The notes below the pieces were generated by a model. The model was not told the origin of the DNA. It searched no databases and saw nothing but the letters and a program-made list of their open reading frames with translations. Positions 1 through 11,820 of a stretch of 64,000 nt of DNA are shown piece by piece. Origin of the DNA: Octopus bimaculoides (Eukaryota); contig NC_068987.1 of assembly GCF_001194135.2 (NCBI RefSeq), forward strand, positions 106,567,614-106,631,613, written 5' to 3'. How positions within the stretch are numbered: position 1 is the stretch's first letter; each line of letters starts with the position of its first letter. A program made the position numbers and the translations under genes.

Positions 1-2
1 AG

Positions 3-188
3 ATAACTCGAATGTGGAATCTAAAAACAGAAACAATTCCTATCATAGTAGGTGCCTTAGGTATAATAAAAAAATATTCAGACAAATACATAACAAAAAC
101 ACCAGGACTTACAAATATATATAACATACAGAAAATTGCACTACTGGGTACTGCACACATTCTACGCAAAACACTTTCAATACAGTAA
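3..188 (+). mobile_element. C-terminal ORF end of an RLE-type non-LTR retrotransposon (R4/Dong-like), cut by the window edge
   Basis: Open frame ITRMWNLKTETIPIIVGALGIIKKYSDKYITKTPGLTNIYNIQKIALLGTAHILRKTLSIQ*. The IPIIVGALG and QKIALLGTAHILRK motifs match the end of the restriction-like endonuclease region of R4-clade elements. A ~100-bp 3' UTR follows, then (AAT)8 at 286-309. Confidence 0.85.
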
Positions 189-311
189 ACATAAGAGCAC
201 CACAGCAAACCACAGCACATACCCAAGGCGCACAGAGCTGCGCTCGGTAGTGAAGTGAAAGCACGTTATAAAAATAAAACTACTGAATAATAATAATAAT
301 AATAATAATAA

Positions 312-450
312 CATCGAAAAATGCCTTAGTTTCGAAATCTCCCCAAGACACCAGATGAAGGCTGGAGGGTATATCAGCCGAAACGTTGTGTTTAACAACT
401 AACAAGATGAAGACAAGTATCCGTCAAATGTAAATAATGTAAATAATAAA
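312..450 (+). mobile_element. Penelope-like terminal (pseudo-LTR) fragment carrying a hammerhead-like motif
   Basis: GACAC-CAGATGAAGGCTG...CAGCCGAAACGTTGTG followed by a TGTAAATAA tandem tail. This fits the CTGATGA...GAAAC signature at PLE ends. Confidence 0.55.
346..393 (+). ncRNA. Minimal type I hammerhead ribozyme-like motif (core variant CAGAUGA)
   Basis: Stem I AGACAC(346-351)/GTGTTT(388-393); core CAGATGA 352-358; stem II GGCTG(360-364)/CAGCC(375-379); GAAA 380-383; C; GUU cleavage triplet 385-387. Confidence 0.55.
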
Positions 451-1834
451 CACTCCCTAGTGTTGCGAATACCCGCTCAGCTGAATTAAAATATTAAAAT
501 AAGTTGTATGCACCAGGAGAGGCACTAGCATAAAATAGCTATCCATGTATCATAGTTAATGTAAATACAGCATCAAAAACATCTGGTATGGATGTAGTAT
601 ATTTCAAGACACAATTAATATTGGATCGGGATGAAAATTGTCCGAGCAGAGGCTAGTGAGAACGTCAGATGTTGCCAGATGATAAGTAGATGGCAATATA
701 TTTCGAGAAAGAATATCAACGTTTTCTTAAATACATTTTCATTGAGAATATAAATCGAGTTTTCCCAAGCGGAGAACGCTACGCCTTATTCTGAATAACA
801 GATGTTGATTTTATATATCGTTATCGAGCAAACCACACGATTCAAAATTATATATCCGCCGAAAACTATCTAAATCTGTGCTGCATCTCGTATAGATTTA
901 TGGCTGGTACGTGCCTCCTGTGGTTTCGTTATTCTTGTGTGCATATTTTTATTCGTAACTTTGCAACACATTACACCGACTGAAATTTACTAATTGTCCA
1001 TGTGATTTAATTAAGGTGATATGATTAAAGAAACATATTTAAGAAGAGAGAATTTGAAAGGAATTCAACTACGTAAGTTTTCAAAGTTGTGATCGTTTGT
1101 AGAATTTGGAAGATTAAGATAAGTTCGTGAGATCAAAAGATTTGTATGCATGCACCCGCCACAAACAAACAAGAAAGAAAAGATAATGCGTGTTGAATGA
1201 GAAAGCTATGAAAAATTCAAGCGCATTATTATATATTCAGCTGTATAAGAGAAAGCAGCTGTGAAAATGCATGTTTGGTTGTGTCGACGTAAGCCATCGT
1301 GTATTCTTCTCGTGAGAACCTAAATTAATTATATCTTGTTAATTATATCACTTTAATTATATCGTCTTAATTAGATCTCTTTAGCAAGGTTTAAAAAAAA
1401 AACACGTTTCTACTAAAATATGCCACCTTTAAAATATTCTTTTAACAAAACATTTGTAACAACATACCTGAAAATTAGCAAATCATTAATAGAGAAATAT
1501 AAATTATTGTATATTTATAACTAAGGAAGAAACAATTTGAATAGTGTTTCCTCCTAACGTAAGATATCAAACATGAAGCTAGATGTAAACTAAAAATATA
1601 CTTGAATAAACAGGCTTATTTAGGACTAAAATTTAACTCGCAAATACAAATAAAATTTAAATAAAAGTTAAACAGAAAATGGTGAGGCATTTACTAACAT
1701 TTTCGAAATGTATAATTACGTAGAAATTATGAAAAAACTTTATAAGCAAGCTACTTACCTCACAACTAATCCTGCGCATATATATATATATATATATGAA
1801 TGAGCGTATCTTTGTATCTGTGTTAATCACCAAC

Positions 1835-1997
1835 CATCCTTTGGCAGCTGTAACTTAGTGCTTCAGCAAAGAGACCGATAGGATATGTACTAGCCTTAAA
1901 ATAAATATAAATGGACTCGTTCGACTAAAAATACTTGAAGGCGGCGCCCCAGCACCGCTGTAGTCTAACGACTGAAACAACAGCAGAATGAAAAAAT
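1835..1997 (+). mobile_element. Degenerate 3' part of the SINE family seen complete at 55403-55815
   Basis: GTAACTTAG...CAGCAAAGAGACCGATAG...GAAGGCGGCGCCCCAGCA...GACTGAAACAA aligns by eye to the tail of the 55403 copy. Confidence 0.65.
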
Positions 1998-3766
1998 AAC
2001 GAACAAAACACAAATGCCACTATTATGTCTATTACTAATACAATAAAACACAAAAAGCATCATAAGGAAACCAAATACAATCACCTTATGAATATTATAA
2101 GAAAAACATGTGATCTTTCAGAACGGATATGATGAATGATCAACTTAGTTTATTTGAATTCTTCTTTTCTTCTCTTACAACGTGACTAAATCATCAAAAA
2201 TTTATTGAAACCGGTCGCATCTTTTGATAAAAATGTAAATATTTCTTTCATTTCTACATAATAATATTTTGAATATAGCTGTCCTCTTGTTTTTTTATAT
2301 GTGCACACGTACACACACACACAAACATACACACGCAAATATGCGCTCATAAAAACGATTAAGAATCACACAAAAGGAAATATACAAAATAATATATAGA
2401 AACACTAGATACTTGAAAACTGAATATGTATATATAATGACGGGCAGTTTAATATTTAACTTCGACTCGCAAATGAATATCTTTATTCCTTACTGCTTCA
2501 TTTATTGGGTTCCGATCATGCTGGAGCACAGCGCTTTATGTCTGTTACGAATATTATGGAACTGAAGTTATTGTATGACTTCTTTTATCTTTATACTTCG
2601 ACGCAACTGAACACTACCCCATACATGGTTCGACACCGACACTCCCCACACACGCACCCACAAATACACACACACCCACATACACGCTGCGCATACACAC
2701 AAACACATACACACATATCTAATCACGCACCACGTTTGTTGTAATGTGCGTGTGTGCGTGCGTGTGTTTGTGAGCCTTTGACAATAGTTCATCATAATTC
2801 TTTCTATTAAAAGCAAAGGGCTTGAAATTTGGAGGAAGGGTCTAGTCGATCATTTCGTTGCCAGCTCTTAACTAGTACTTATTTTATCGATCGCGAACGG
2901 ATGAAACACAAAGTGGGCCTCGGGCGGAAATTAAGTAATCCTATTAGAGCTAGCACTTGCATACCACGTGTTACGGACGGAAAATTCGACAATAAGAGTG
3001 TTCACGAAGATAAATGTAATTCCTAAAGCATAGAAATCTCTGACATGATGGTTTGAATAACTGACATGATGGTTTGATACTGGACGGAGTAAATAAATAT
3101 TTACATGTGTGCTTGCATACTTTACTTAGTTGTACTTACAGTGGCATTCACCCGGGGTAGGTTAAGCCGGTTCCAGCGGAGTTTCTGCGGGAATTCAGGT
3201 TTACATGTAGTCCCCGGTCACATCCATACATATTTTGAGATAGTGTGATCCTTAGCATCTAATATTCCTGCGATTGTCGTCCGTCGCAGATGATTCGCTA
3301 ACCAAGACACTGTCGATTATCGTAGGAGATGTAACTCGCGTGTGTGTGTGTATTTTGTCTGTGTATCTAAGTGTGTCTGTGTGCGTGCGTATAAGATTGG
3401 GGCTTACGTAAATATATGGCGGAGGTTTAATATTCGCGATTAAGGTATTTCTGCGGAATTCATGCATGCATACTTGTGCATGGTTGCTCAAGCTGGAGAG
3501 GTTTAGAAATGCTTATGTTTTGAGTATACGAGGTAGAATATTCATGCATGGGAGGGTGCTGTTTACCCTCGAGCAATCCTTGAGCGAGCAGGCTTATCAT
3601 TAAACGTGCCTTGACCGAAACAAAGATAATTCAATGATTGTGCGTCCTAGAAAGTCAATGTTCACTGTATCCATTTTGGAAGTTGATATGTTACACGTCG
3701 AAGACATGTAATAGCTATTTCTAGCATTCTCATCGGGACATATGTACGTGTGTGTGTGTGTGTGTA

Positions 3767-3836
<70 letters not shown>

Positions 3837-4370
3837 GGAAAGAGAAAGAGAAAGAGAGGGCGAGAGAGAGGGAGCTTTTATTTATGAAAATATGCTTGAG
3901 CTTGTGTCTCTGTGTGTATGACGGAAGTTATTTGATGTATCAGATGACGGGTAATGAAAGAGATTTTACTGCCAGAAGGTATCACTGAAGATGGAGGCGT
4001 TGTTCGGGTGGGCATATGAGTGCATAAGAATACGTGAGTGAATGCGTACGTGAATATCATTTCCGTGTCTGGGAACGTAAATAGGCATGTCTTACATGTT
4101 TATGCGGTTGTATGTAGTTTATATGAGACGTATTACATAAACACGTATGTGTGTAACTTTATGTAACTCAATTTGGATATAGAATAGGTTCGTGCCAATT
4201 TGTGTATATTAGTTTGCTTCCGTGTGTAAGTATATGTGAGCGGTCTCTTTTTTTTTTAGCTTTCACCATTTAATAAGGTATGTGCATGTGGGGGTGTTGT
4301 GTGAATACAAATGAACATATAAAGGAACGGACAGACGCCTACACACCCGTGTGTTTCCCCATTATATAAC

Positions 4371-4436
<66 letters not shown>

Positions 4437-4468
4437 ATATATGCGTGTGTTTGTCTGTGGCTGTGTGT

Positions 4469-4735
4469 GAAGGCGTGTGGCTAAGTGGTTAAAGCGTCGG
4501 GCTCGCAATCATGAGGAAGTGAGTTCGATACCTGGACAGATATGTGTGTTGTGTTCCTGTGCATGACACTATATTTCACGTTGCTCCAGGTCACTCAGCT
4601 GTGTAAATGAGTTGCGTCGTTATTGGTGCCAAGCTCTACCGCCTTTGCCTTGGTTTGCCCAGATGTGCCTCGGAGGGTAACTTTCTACGTGCAATTCCGC
4701 GATCATTCACGATCGAAGGGGTTTATTTCCTTACC
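4469..4735 (+). mobile_element. tRNA-derived SINE (head, GCAAGACACTTTATTTCACGTTGCTCC-type body, tail 2), internally deleted
   Basis: A-box-like TGGCTAAGTGG and B-box-like GAGTTCGATACC. Body and tail (GGTGCCAAGCT, GAGGGTAACTTTCTA.GTGCAAT) match the minus-strand copy at 51146-51469. Confidence 0.8.
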
Positions 4736-5296
4736 TTTATCTTCATATATATATATATATATATATATATCAGTTTCTCTGTCCCACGTTTTACTATTTC
4801 TTAATTTGAGCATCAATATCCAAATGCTTGTGCATGATTCTCACGGGTTTAGGATTCAGATAAATTTCTTTCTTCAGTCGCCCGCTCCAGCGTGTCCCTA
4901 TTTATCTGTGTGTTTATATATCGTATATGATATATCTTCCGCATGTGTCGTGTTACATCTGTTTCTATGCGTAGACATATAAATTTGCGAAATCCTATAC
5001 GTAGAGGTATGTGTGTGTGTGTGTGAATAATGATCGTCATAAAAAGTAGTCTCTGTGTATGCATGCGAAGGTAGGTATGGACGATTATATATATATAATA
5101 CACACACAGACACACACATATACACATATATTTACATATACATGCATATATAATATACATAAACAGAGTAATATATACATATACACATATAAACACATAC
5201 ACATATATATATATGTATATATATACATTTCCTATATACGTATAAACATGTATATATGTATATATATACATTACTTATATATACATTACTTATATG

Positions 5297-5320
5297 TAAT
5301 AATAATAATAATGATAATAC

Positions 5321-5415
<95 letters not shown>

Positions 5416-5440
5416 GTTATTATTGTTGTTGTTATTATTA
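5297..5440. repeat. (AAT)n joined head-to-head with (ATT)n
   Basis: The AAT run switches to TTA/ATT at 5365/5366 (AATAA|TTATT). Confidence 0.95.
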
Positions 5441-5559
5441 TAAAAAGAACACGAAGAACAGGTAAAAACAAACAAACAGGTTATAAATGGTTTACGCCCA
5501 GAAAAAACTGAAGTCTTTTTTTTGCATTTTGAGTGTAACCTCTTCTTAAGAAGAAACTT

Positions 5560-7160
5560 AATCAGCAGCAATTAAAAGCTTAATCAACAGCATTAACCAC
5601 AATATTCAGTTTACAATGGAATAAAGCCACAAACAATTACCCTTCCTGGACATCTTGATCATAAAAATAGATACTGAAATTGAAACCGACATCTTCCTCA
5701 AACCAACGGACTCAAAACAACATCTTCTATCCTGCCACACAAATCATACTCTAATAAATATACCGTTTATCTTAGCAAGAAGAATTTGCACGATCGCATC
5801 AAATCCCGAAACCCCAGTAAAGCGACTTCCAGAACTTAAAACCACGTTACTAGATAGAAAATACCCGACCAGTCTAATCAAAAACGGAATAGAACGTATA
5901 AAAATGATAGACATCTAAGAGTTACAGAAAACAACAAAACGCTATAACACGCTTAAAACTTTATCTTACTACCAACACACAATCCGAGGAACATGGAAGC
6001 ATACATCATCCACCAAAACATACCCCACCTTATGAATTACCTACGAATGAAAAAGGCGCTGGAAACACATAAGGTTATTAAAAGCAACAGATAACCGTAT
6101 TGCCTAAAGAAGTTACTCACCAGCGCCAAATTACCCACCAAAATCCCAACCACACTTTCAGAAAGTTCAACCGCCCTAGGGCTCAACATGCAAATTTAAG
6201 TCAGGTCAAAAGATCACTTTACCTGTGCTTCGAAAAACTTAATCTATGTTCTCAAATGTGGAGGGTGTGGTGGAGCGTCATATAAGTCAAACTAGTTCAA
6301 CCTTGAAGGAAGACTAATGGTACACAGGTAACAAATCCGGGACCCCACGGCCAGGAAAATTCCCGTAAGCAAACACCTAGACCAATGCCCCGCAAGCATA
6401 AACCCGAAATAACAATTTTTCCCTCTCTATCAATGCACCGGAAATACTTCAACCCAATTCCGTTTAAAAAAGAAATCATGCTCATTAAAAATTATAAACC
6501 ACAACTGAATATCCTTCAGAAAGTAGAAAAACCACTAAAGAGCAAAAGGAAAAAAAGACCCAATTTGTCCACAAAAAAAACAAAAAAAAAAAACACACAC
6601 ACTGGTACAACGGGACATTATTCAAAATCTTTAGTAACAGTCTTGCACGCAGGTTTCGAAACCGCAACTCTAAATCACCATGCAATAATACCATACAAAC
6701 ACCAGTTGCTGACATCACATAACTTTAGACCAATGAAATTTTACCTCTGAACAAACCCGAACTTCAGCCAATACAACAAAATGACCCCTTATGGGAATCA
6801 ACCAACTGGAACAATTGATGACCGTTTCCCATAGGGAAGCCAACCAGGCATAACGACAAACTTGACCACCAGAAAAATAACACGTCACCAGTAATTTAAC
6901 GGATCAAAATCAGATCCGTTCACGGAGAAAATTATAGATACACCGGATTCCAAAAAATGCCGTTACAAGCGAAAGTCCCTGCACACGACGGAAAAAAGAA
7001 TCATAGACAATGAACAGATCCCTCTTTTACTATCTTCATTTCTCCCTTAGCTGATGAAGCATAACGACACAGAAACACGTCCTACAAGGTAATGTGGTCA
7101 TTCGTGGCCCATTCGTGGTTTTCTCAAGTGATACGTAGAATTTCTCTGTAGCTAGAACTT
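5560..7160 (+). mobile_element. Decayed Penelope-like element: RT C-terminus, GIY-YIG endonuclease and 3' terminal region
   Basis: NIQFTME*SHKQLPFLDILI...ETDIFLKPTDSKQHL...NIPFILARRICTI...LLDRKYP is a PLE RT thumb region. NLIYVLKCGGCG...HISQT at ~6237-6295 is a frameshifted GIY-YIG motif. CTGATGA...GAAAC occurs at 7051-7076. Several stops and frameshifts. Confidence 0.9.
7044..7088 (+). ncRNA. Degenerate type I hammerhead-like motif at the PLE 3' end
   Basis: CCCTTAG-CTGATGA-AGCATAACGACACA-GAAAC-AC-GTC-CTACAAGG. Core and GUC triplet are intact, stem I is bulged (CCTTAG/CTACAAGG), and stem II pairing is lost. Confidence 0.45.
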
Positions 7161-7193
7161 TCTTTCTCTGAATGTACATGAACTCTTAAATTA

Positions 7194-7233
<40 letters not shown>

Positions 7234-7241
7234 CACATACA

Positions 7242-7283
<42 letters not shown>

Positions 7284-8218
7284 TACACACATGTGTGTGT
7301 GGTTTATATGATATGATCAGAGGAAGAGGTTCTCGTATTGCGAGAAGTGGAAAGATTTAGTGTGAATAATTGATGTTGGTGCTTAGTGCTAGTGTTTAAG
7401 ATATAGTGACCAATTCTAATTTGCACATCATATTAACCATGTCGTTGTTGTACCGTTTATTTAGTGCTTTGTGAGCGATGATGACCATGATGTTGTACAC
7501 TTATTTTGAGATTTAATCTTAATCTTTGTGAAAGCTGGTGGTGGTATTTGTGGCAGCGTGTGTTATAAATTGAATTGCAACCCTTGTTGTTTAGCTCAAG
7601 TCCACAAGCGATCACCCAGCAGACTTATGAGAAAAGATAACCTAATATGTTACTTGCGCTCTCCATTTTGAGGACGATAGGGCAGACCTTGTTCAAATTC
7701 ACTGACTATTTCACTGGTTTTTATATTTCCCTGTGGGCGGCATGTTCCTATACTCCAGTCATTCTCAGTATTTTATTTTATTTCAAATGGGTATGGCTTG
7801 CTAATGGTGATTTAATGTATTTAGCACTGTCCTACTCTTTTGATCATAGAATTCTGTTTATATACTGCTTTACAATATTTACATTCTAGATCGCACTTGC
7901 ACTTAGTGTTGATAAACATTACACCTTCGAATCCTGTCTTGCTACTATTTCCCTTTCCATTTACAATCGATATACGTGGGATGGCTTCCCCCAGTACTTG
8001 GTGCATACTGCATGAACCTTATGGCTGATGTGATCGTCGAATACGTTATTGTAGACAAGCAAGAGTTAAGAAATTGTGAGGAGAAAGACACACATCTAGT
8101 ATTTTTTCTACAACTGTCACATTATCTATGATAGGAATCATTTCCTTGATATGAATTTCAAAATTTTCATTTGTAGTTCTTTCTCTTGTAAGTCACTGCT
8201 TTTCTGAAACATTCATAA

Positions 8219-8260
<42 letters not shown>

Positions 8261-8261
<1 letters not shown>

Positions 8262-9430
8262 CTAGATCTGAGAAATTCATATGGTGTCTTTCACACTTTT
8301 CTTCCGGCTATGGGGCTGTCAAATTTTGTTGGCTAGAAATCCATAATTTGCATTTTAGTCATTCACAAATGTTTTCGATTCTCATCATCAAGAAATGCAA
8401 GAAATTTTCTTCGTAGCTCATGCGCACGGAAGAGTACCTCTCCACCTTAGCCGCTATCTCACTTCCGACTATAAAAGTAAGCGACAGCGCAATGAATCCA
8501 TGTCAAAATAAATTTTCGCTCACAAATGAGTCTTTAATGGACTGCTGGTAATAAAAAGACATTTCGACAATTTTATCTAAAACTTCTTCAATTCAACTCC
8601 AAATGACTTTTCGATCGATGTTTCTATAGAAAACTCTTTTGTAATAACATCCGGATTTTGCTCTTTAACAAATGTTGTAAGCCCTTTCATACAACCTAAC
8701 ATACAGAGACCTCTATCGGCACAAATACCAACACATAACTTCAATTAAATTTCCACTTTTCAATATCTTCATCTCTGCTAGTGCCTGGCATTTTTTGCAA
8801 CCAAATTTCATTTAGTATTTGATCTTCATCAATAACACGAATGAATGCAAATAGTTGCGCTTTTTTAATACTGGCTATTAACTCATCAGCTTCCAAAGGG
8901 AAACTTGAATGTTGAAGCTTATCGTGGCATACATTTTCCTCCATGTTAGATGATAATTTCAAAATACACCTATGAATGGTATAATTTGAGAATGTAGGTT
9001 ACATATTTATTTGATCTGCTTGATCTCCTAGCATTGTCTTCACAATCTTTCTGCATGCAAACAAAATTGCTGACTTCATCAAAGTGTGAGATTTCATTTT
9101 TTTCTCCTGTGCAATCATTTCATATATTAAATATGAAATAATTGAGCCTTTTCAGAAAACGTCGGTCTTTTAAAATATTTGTTTGCTTTGTTTTTCGTTC
9201 TGGCAATCTTTGAAAATAATTTGAATGTTTTTTCTTGAACAGAGTAATGCTTCGCTTTGAAACGTCTTTTGAACTAGCAAGAGAGCATTGATTCGTCTCT
9301 CATTCTATATCTGCCTACCAAAATTAATAGGGAAATCTGACCTTCATTTACAATCCATGAGAACCCAGATGTAAATATCTTTCTTCGTATTTGTAATTAG
9401 GTTGTATTTTAGCATAAAAAGGAGAAATAT
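8261..9430 (-). mobile_element. hAT-superfamily transposase remnant (Buster/Charlie, ZBED5/SCAND3/FAM200-like), heavily mutated
   Basis: Minus-strand fragments: KRRFKAKH; IVKTMLGDQADQI...FSNYTIHRCILKLSSNMEENVCHDKL; KAQLFAFIRVIDEDQILNE; LCVGICAD...GCMKGLTTFVKEQNPDVI; GEVLFRAHELRRKFLAFL. These follow the order of the Buster-type DDE domain. The C-terminal side stops at a (TA)n tract. Confidence 0.9.
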
Positions 9431-10118
9431 ATGGCAATTTGCTGCATTTCAATTCATGCCTCATGTTTATCAGAATCACATTCATTAAAGCTATGGCTCT
9501 TATTTAAATCGGTATATATTGTAAAATGAAGTGGGGTAAGTGAGAAAAAGAGAGAATTAGGTAGTAGATAGCAAGTTGCAGTACATAATTATAATAAGAG
9601 TAGGAGGATGTAGGAGAATAGAGAGAGAAAGAAATACGTAAGAAGAGGTATCAAATATGGAAAGGTAACGCTGAAATAAGCTAAAAGTGATGCAGCATTA
9701 GGATTAGTAAAATATGAGAAACCGTGCATAAATGAGAAGTACAGTAGGGGGTCTAGAAAGGGAAACGGAGAAAGTAGCATCAGGAAAATTGATTATTCGA
9801 TTCGTAACATCAAACATTTGTGCATATAATTTTCTCCATTATTTATTAAAGCTAAACTTTATCTATTTTAGTTGTATCTTATAAAACAGGACACTGTCTC
9901 GGTAGATAAAAAGGCTTTCGGTACAAATTTCAAAATCTTTGAAATTTCCAGCGAAAGGCACCAATGCAAATATGATGTCAAATTCAGTTTTATCAATAAA
10001 GAGTTACTAAAGATTCTATGAATTCTATAGGTATCTATCTATCTATCTATTTATCTATCTATCTGCGTATGTATATAGAGACATGTATTTACAGACAGAC
10101 ACACACACACACAGACAC

Positions 10119-10171
<53 letters not shown>

Positions 10172-10418
10172 NNNNNNNNNNNNNNNNNNNNNNNNNNNNN
10201 NNNNNNNNNNNNNNNNNNNNNNNNNNNNNNNNNNNNNNNNNNNNNNNNNNNNNNNNNNNNNNNNNNNNNNNNNNNNNNNNNNNNNNNNNNNNNNNNNNNN
10301 NNNNNNNNNNNNNNNNNNNNNNNNNNNNNNNNNNNNNNNNNNNNNNNNNNNNNNNNNNNNNNNNNNNNNNNNNNNNNNNNNNNNNNNNNNNNNNNNNNNN
10401 NNNNNNNNNNNNNNNNNN

Positions 10419-11008
10419 ATATGCTAGAAAGAGATCTTCTACGATCTAACCACAAAGAAAAGAATGTGCTCTAGAAAAAATTCAGCAAACCCCAAATCAT
10501 AAGCGGACAAGACAAATGAAAATATACAAAATAAAGAATTAATCGTATAACGTGTTTCGCCATCAACTCTTTTATTTACGTAAAAACGTCCGTGGCTCGT
10601 CAGTACGACTGTTCTAATTCAATATAATTTGCAGAACTATACACGAATTGTCTTCATAAAGTTTGACGTGCGTACAGTTCTACCGATTACATTGGGGTTA
10701 TTTTCAAATGTCTCAGCTCTGGCGCGCTAATTCCCGGAAACATTTCTGCAGAAGATAATTCACTGCAGTGGATGTTGCCGGTTAGAGAACATAATTACAA
10801 AAATTTAAATATATATACTGAAGGTGATAAATTGAATACTAATTTAATTAACATCAATTTAACACCAGTGACCTAGCATACAAAAAAATTTGAAAATTCA
10901 GAAAAATTGTAAAACGTGCGTATAAGAAGTGATGACTACTAAGTGGACATCCGATATGCTAGAAAGAGATCGTCTACGATCTAACCACAAAGAAAAGAAT
11001 GTTCTCTA
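10419..11008 (-). mobile_element. 535-bp unit bounded by ~55-bp direct repeats and containing a hammerhead motif (retrozyme or PLE pseudo-LTR-like)
   Basis: ATATGCTAGAAAGAGATC(T/G)TCTACGATCTAACCACAAAGAAAAGAATGT(G/T)CTCTA occurs at 10419-10473 and 10954-11008 (2 mismatches). A hammerhead motif lies on the minus strand at 10542-10609. Confidence 0.55.
10542..10609 (-). ncRNA. Type I hammerhead ribozyme-like motif with canonical core
   Basis: Minus strand: GTCGTA-CTGACGA-GCCA[30 nt]TGGC-GAAAC-AC-GTT-A-TACGAT. Stem I is GTCGTA/TACGAT (6 bp, one G-U), stem II closes with GCCA/TGGC, and there is one extra nucleotide at the cleavage junction. Confidence 0.65.
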
Positions 11009-11782
11009 TGTATATGTATATATGTGTATATATATAAAATAGCTAGTTCTCTATGTATATGTATATGTATATANNNNNNNNNNNNNNNNNNNNNNNNNNN
11101 NNNNNNNNNNNNNNNNNNNNNNNNNNNNNNNNNNNNNNNNNNNNNNNNNNNNNNNNNNNNNNNNNNNNNNNNNNNNNNNNNNNNNNNNNNNNNNNNNNNN
11201 NNNNNNNNNNNNNNNNNNNNNNNNNNNNNNNNNNNNNNNNNNNNNNNNNNNNNNNNNNNNNNNNNNNNNNNNNNNNNNNNNNNNNNNNNNNNNNNNNNNN
11301 NNNNNNNNNNNNNNNNNNNNNNNNNNNNNNNNNNNNNNNNNNNNNNNNNNNNNNNNNNNNNNNNNNNNNNNNNNNNNNNNNNNNNNNNNNNNNNNNNNNN
11401 NNNNNNNNNNNNNNNNNNNNNNNNNNNNNNNNNNNNNNNNNNNNNNNNNNNNNNNNNNNNNNNNNNNNNNNNNNNNNNNNNNNNNNNNNNNNNNNNNNNN
11501 NNNNNNNNNNNNNNNNNNNNNNNNNNNNNNNNNNNNNNNNNNNNNNNNNNNNNNNNNNNNNNNNNNNNNNNNNNNNNNNNNNNNNNNNNNNNNNNNNNNN
11601 NNNNNNNNNNNNNNNNNNNNNNNNNNNNNNNNNNNNNNNNNNNNNNNNNNNNNNNNNNNNNNNNNNNNNNNNNNNNNNNNNNNNNNNNNNNNNNNNNNNN
11701 NNNNNNNNNNNNNNNNNNNNNNNNNNNNNNNNNNNNNNNNNNNNNNNNNNNNNNNNNNNNNNNNNNNNNNNNNNNNNNNNNN

Positions 11783-11820
<38 letters not shown>

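Noticed and set aside
7647-8028. Hydrophobic ORFs after the PLE
   Set aside because: They sit beside or overlap the same dispersed repeat motifs; hydrophobicity is expected from T-rich DNA.
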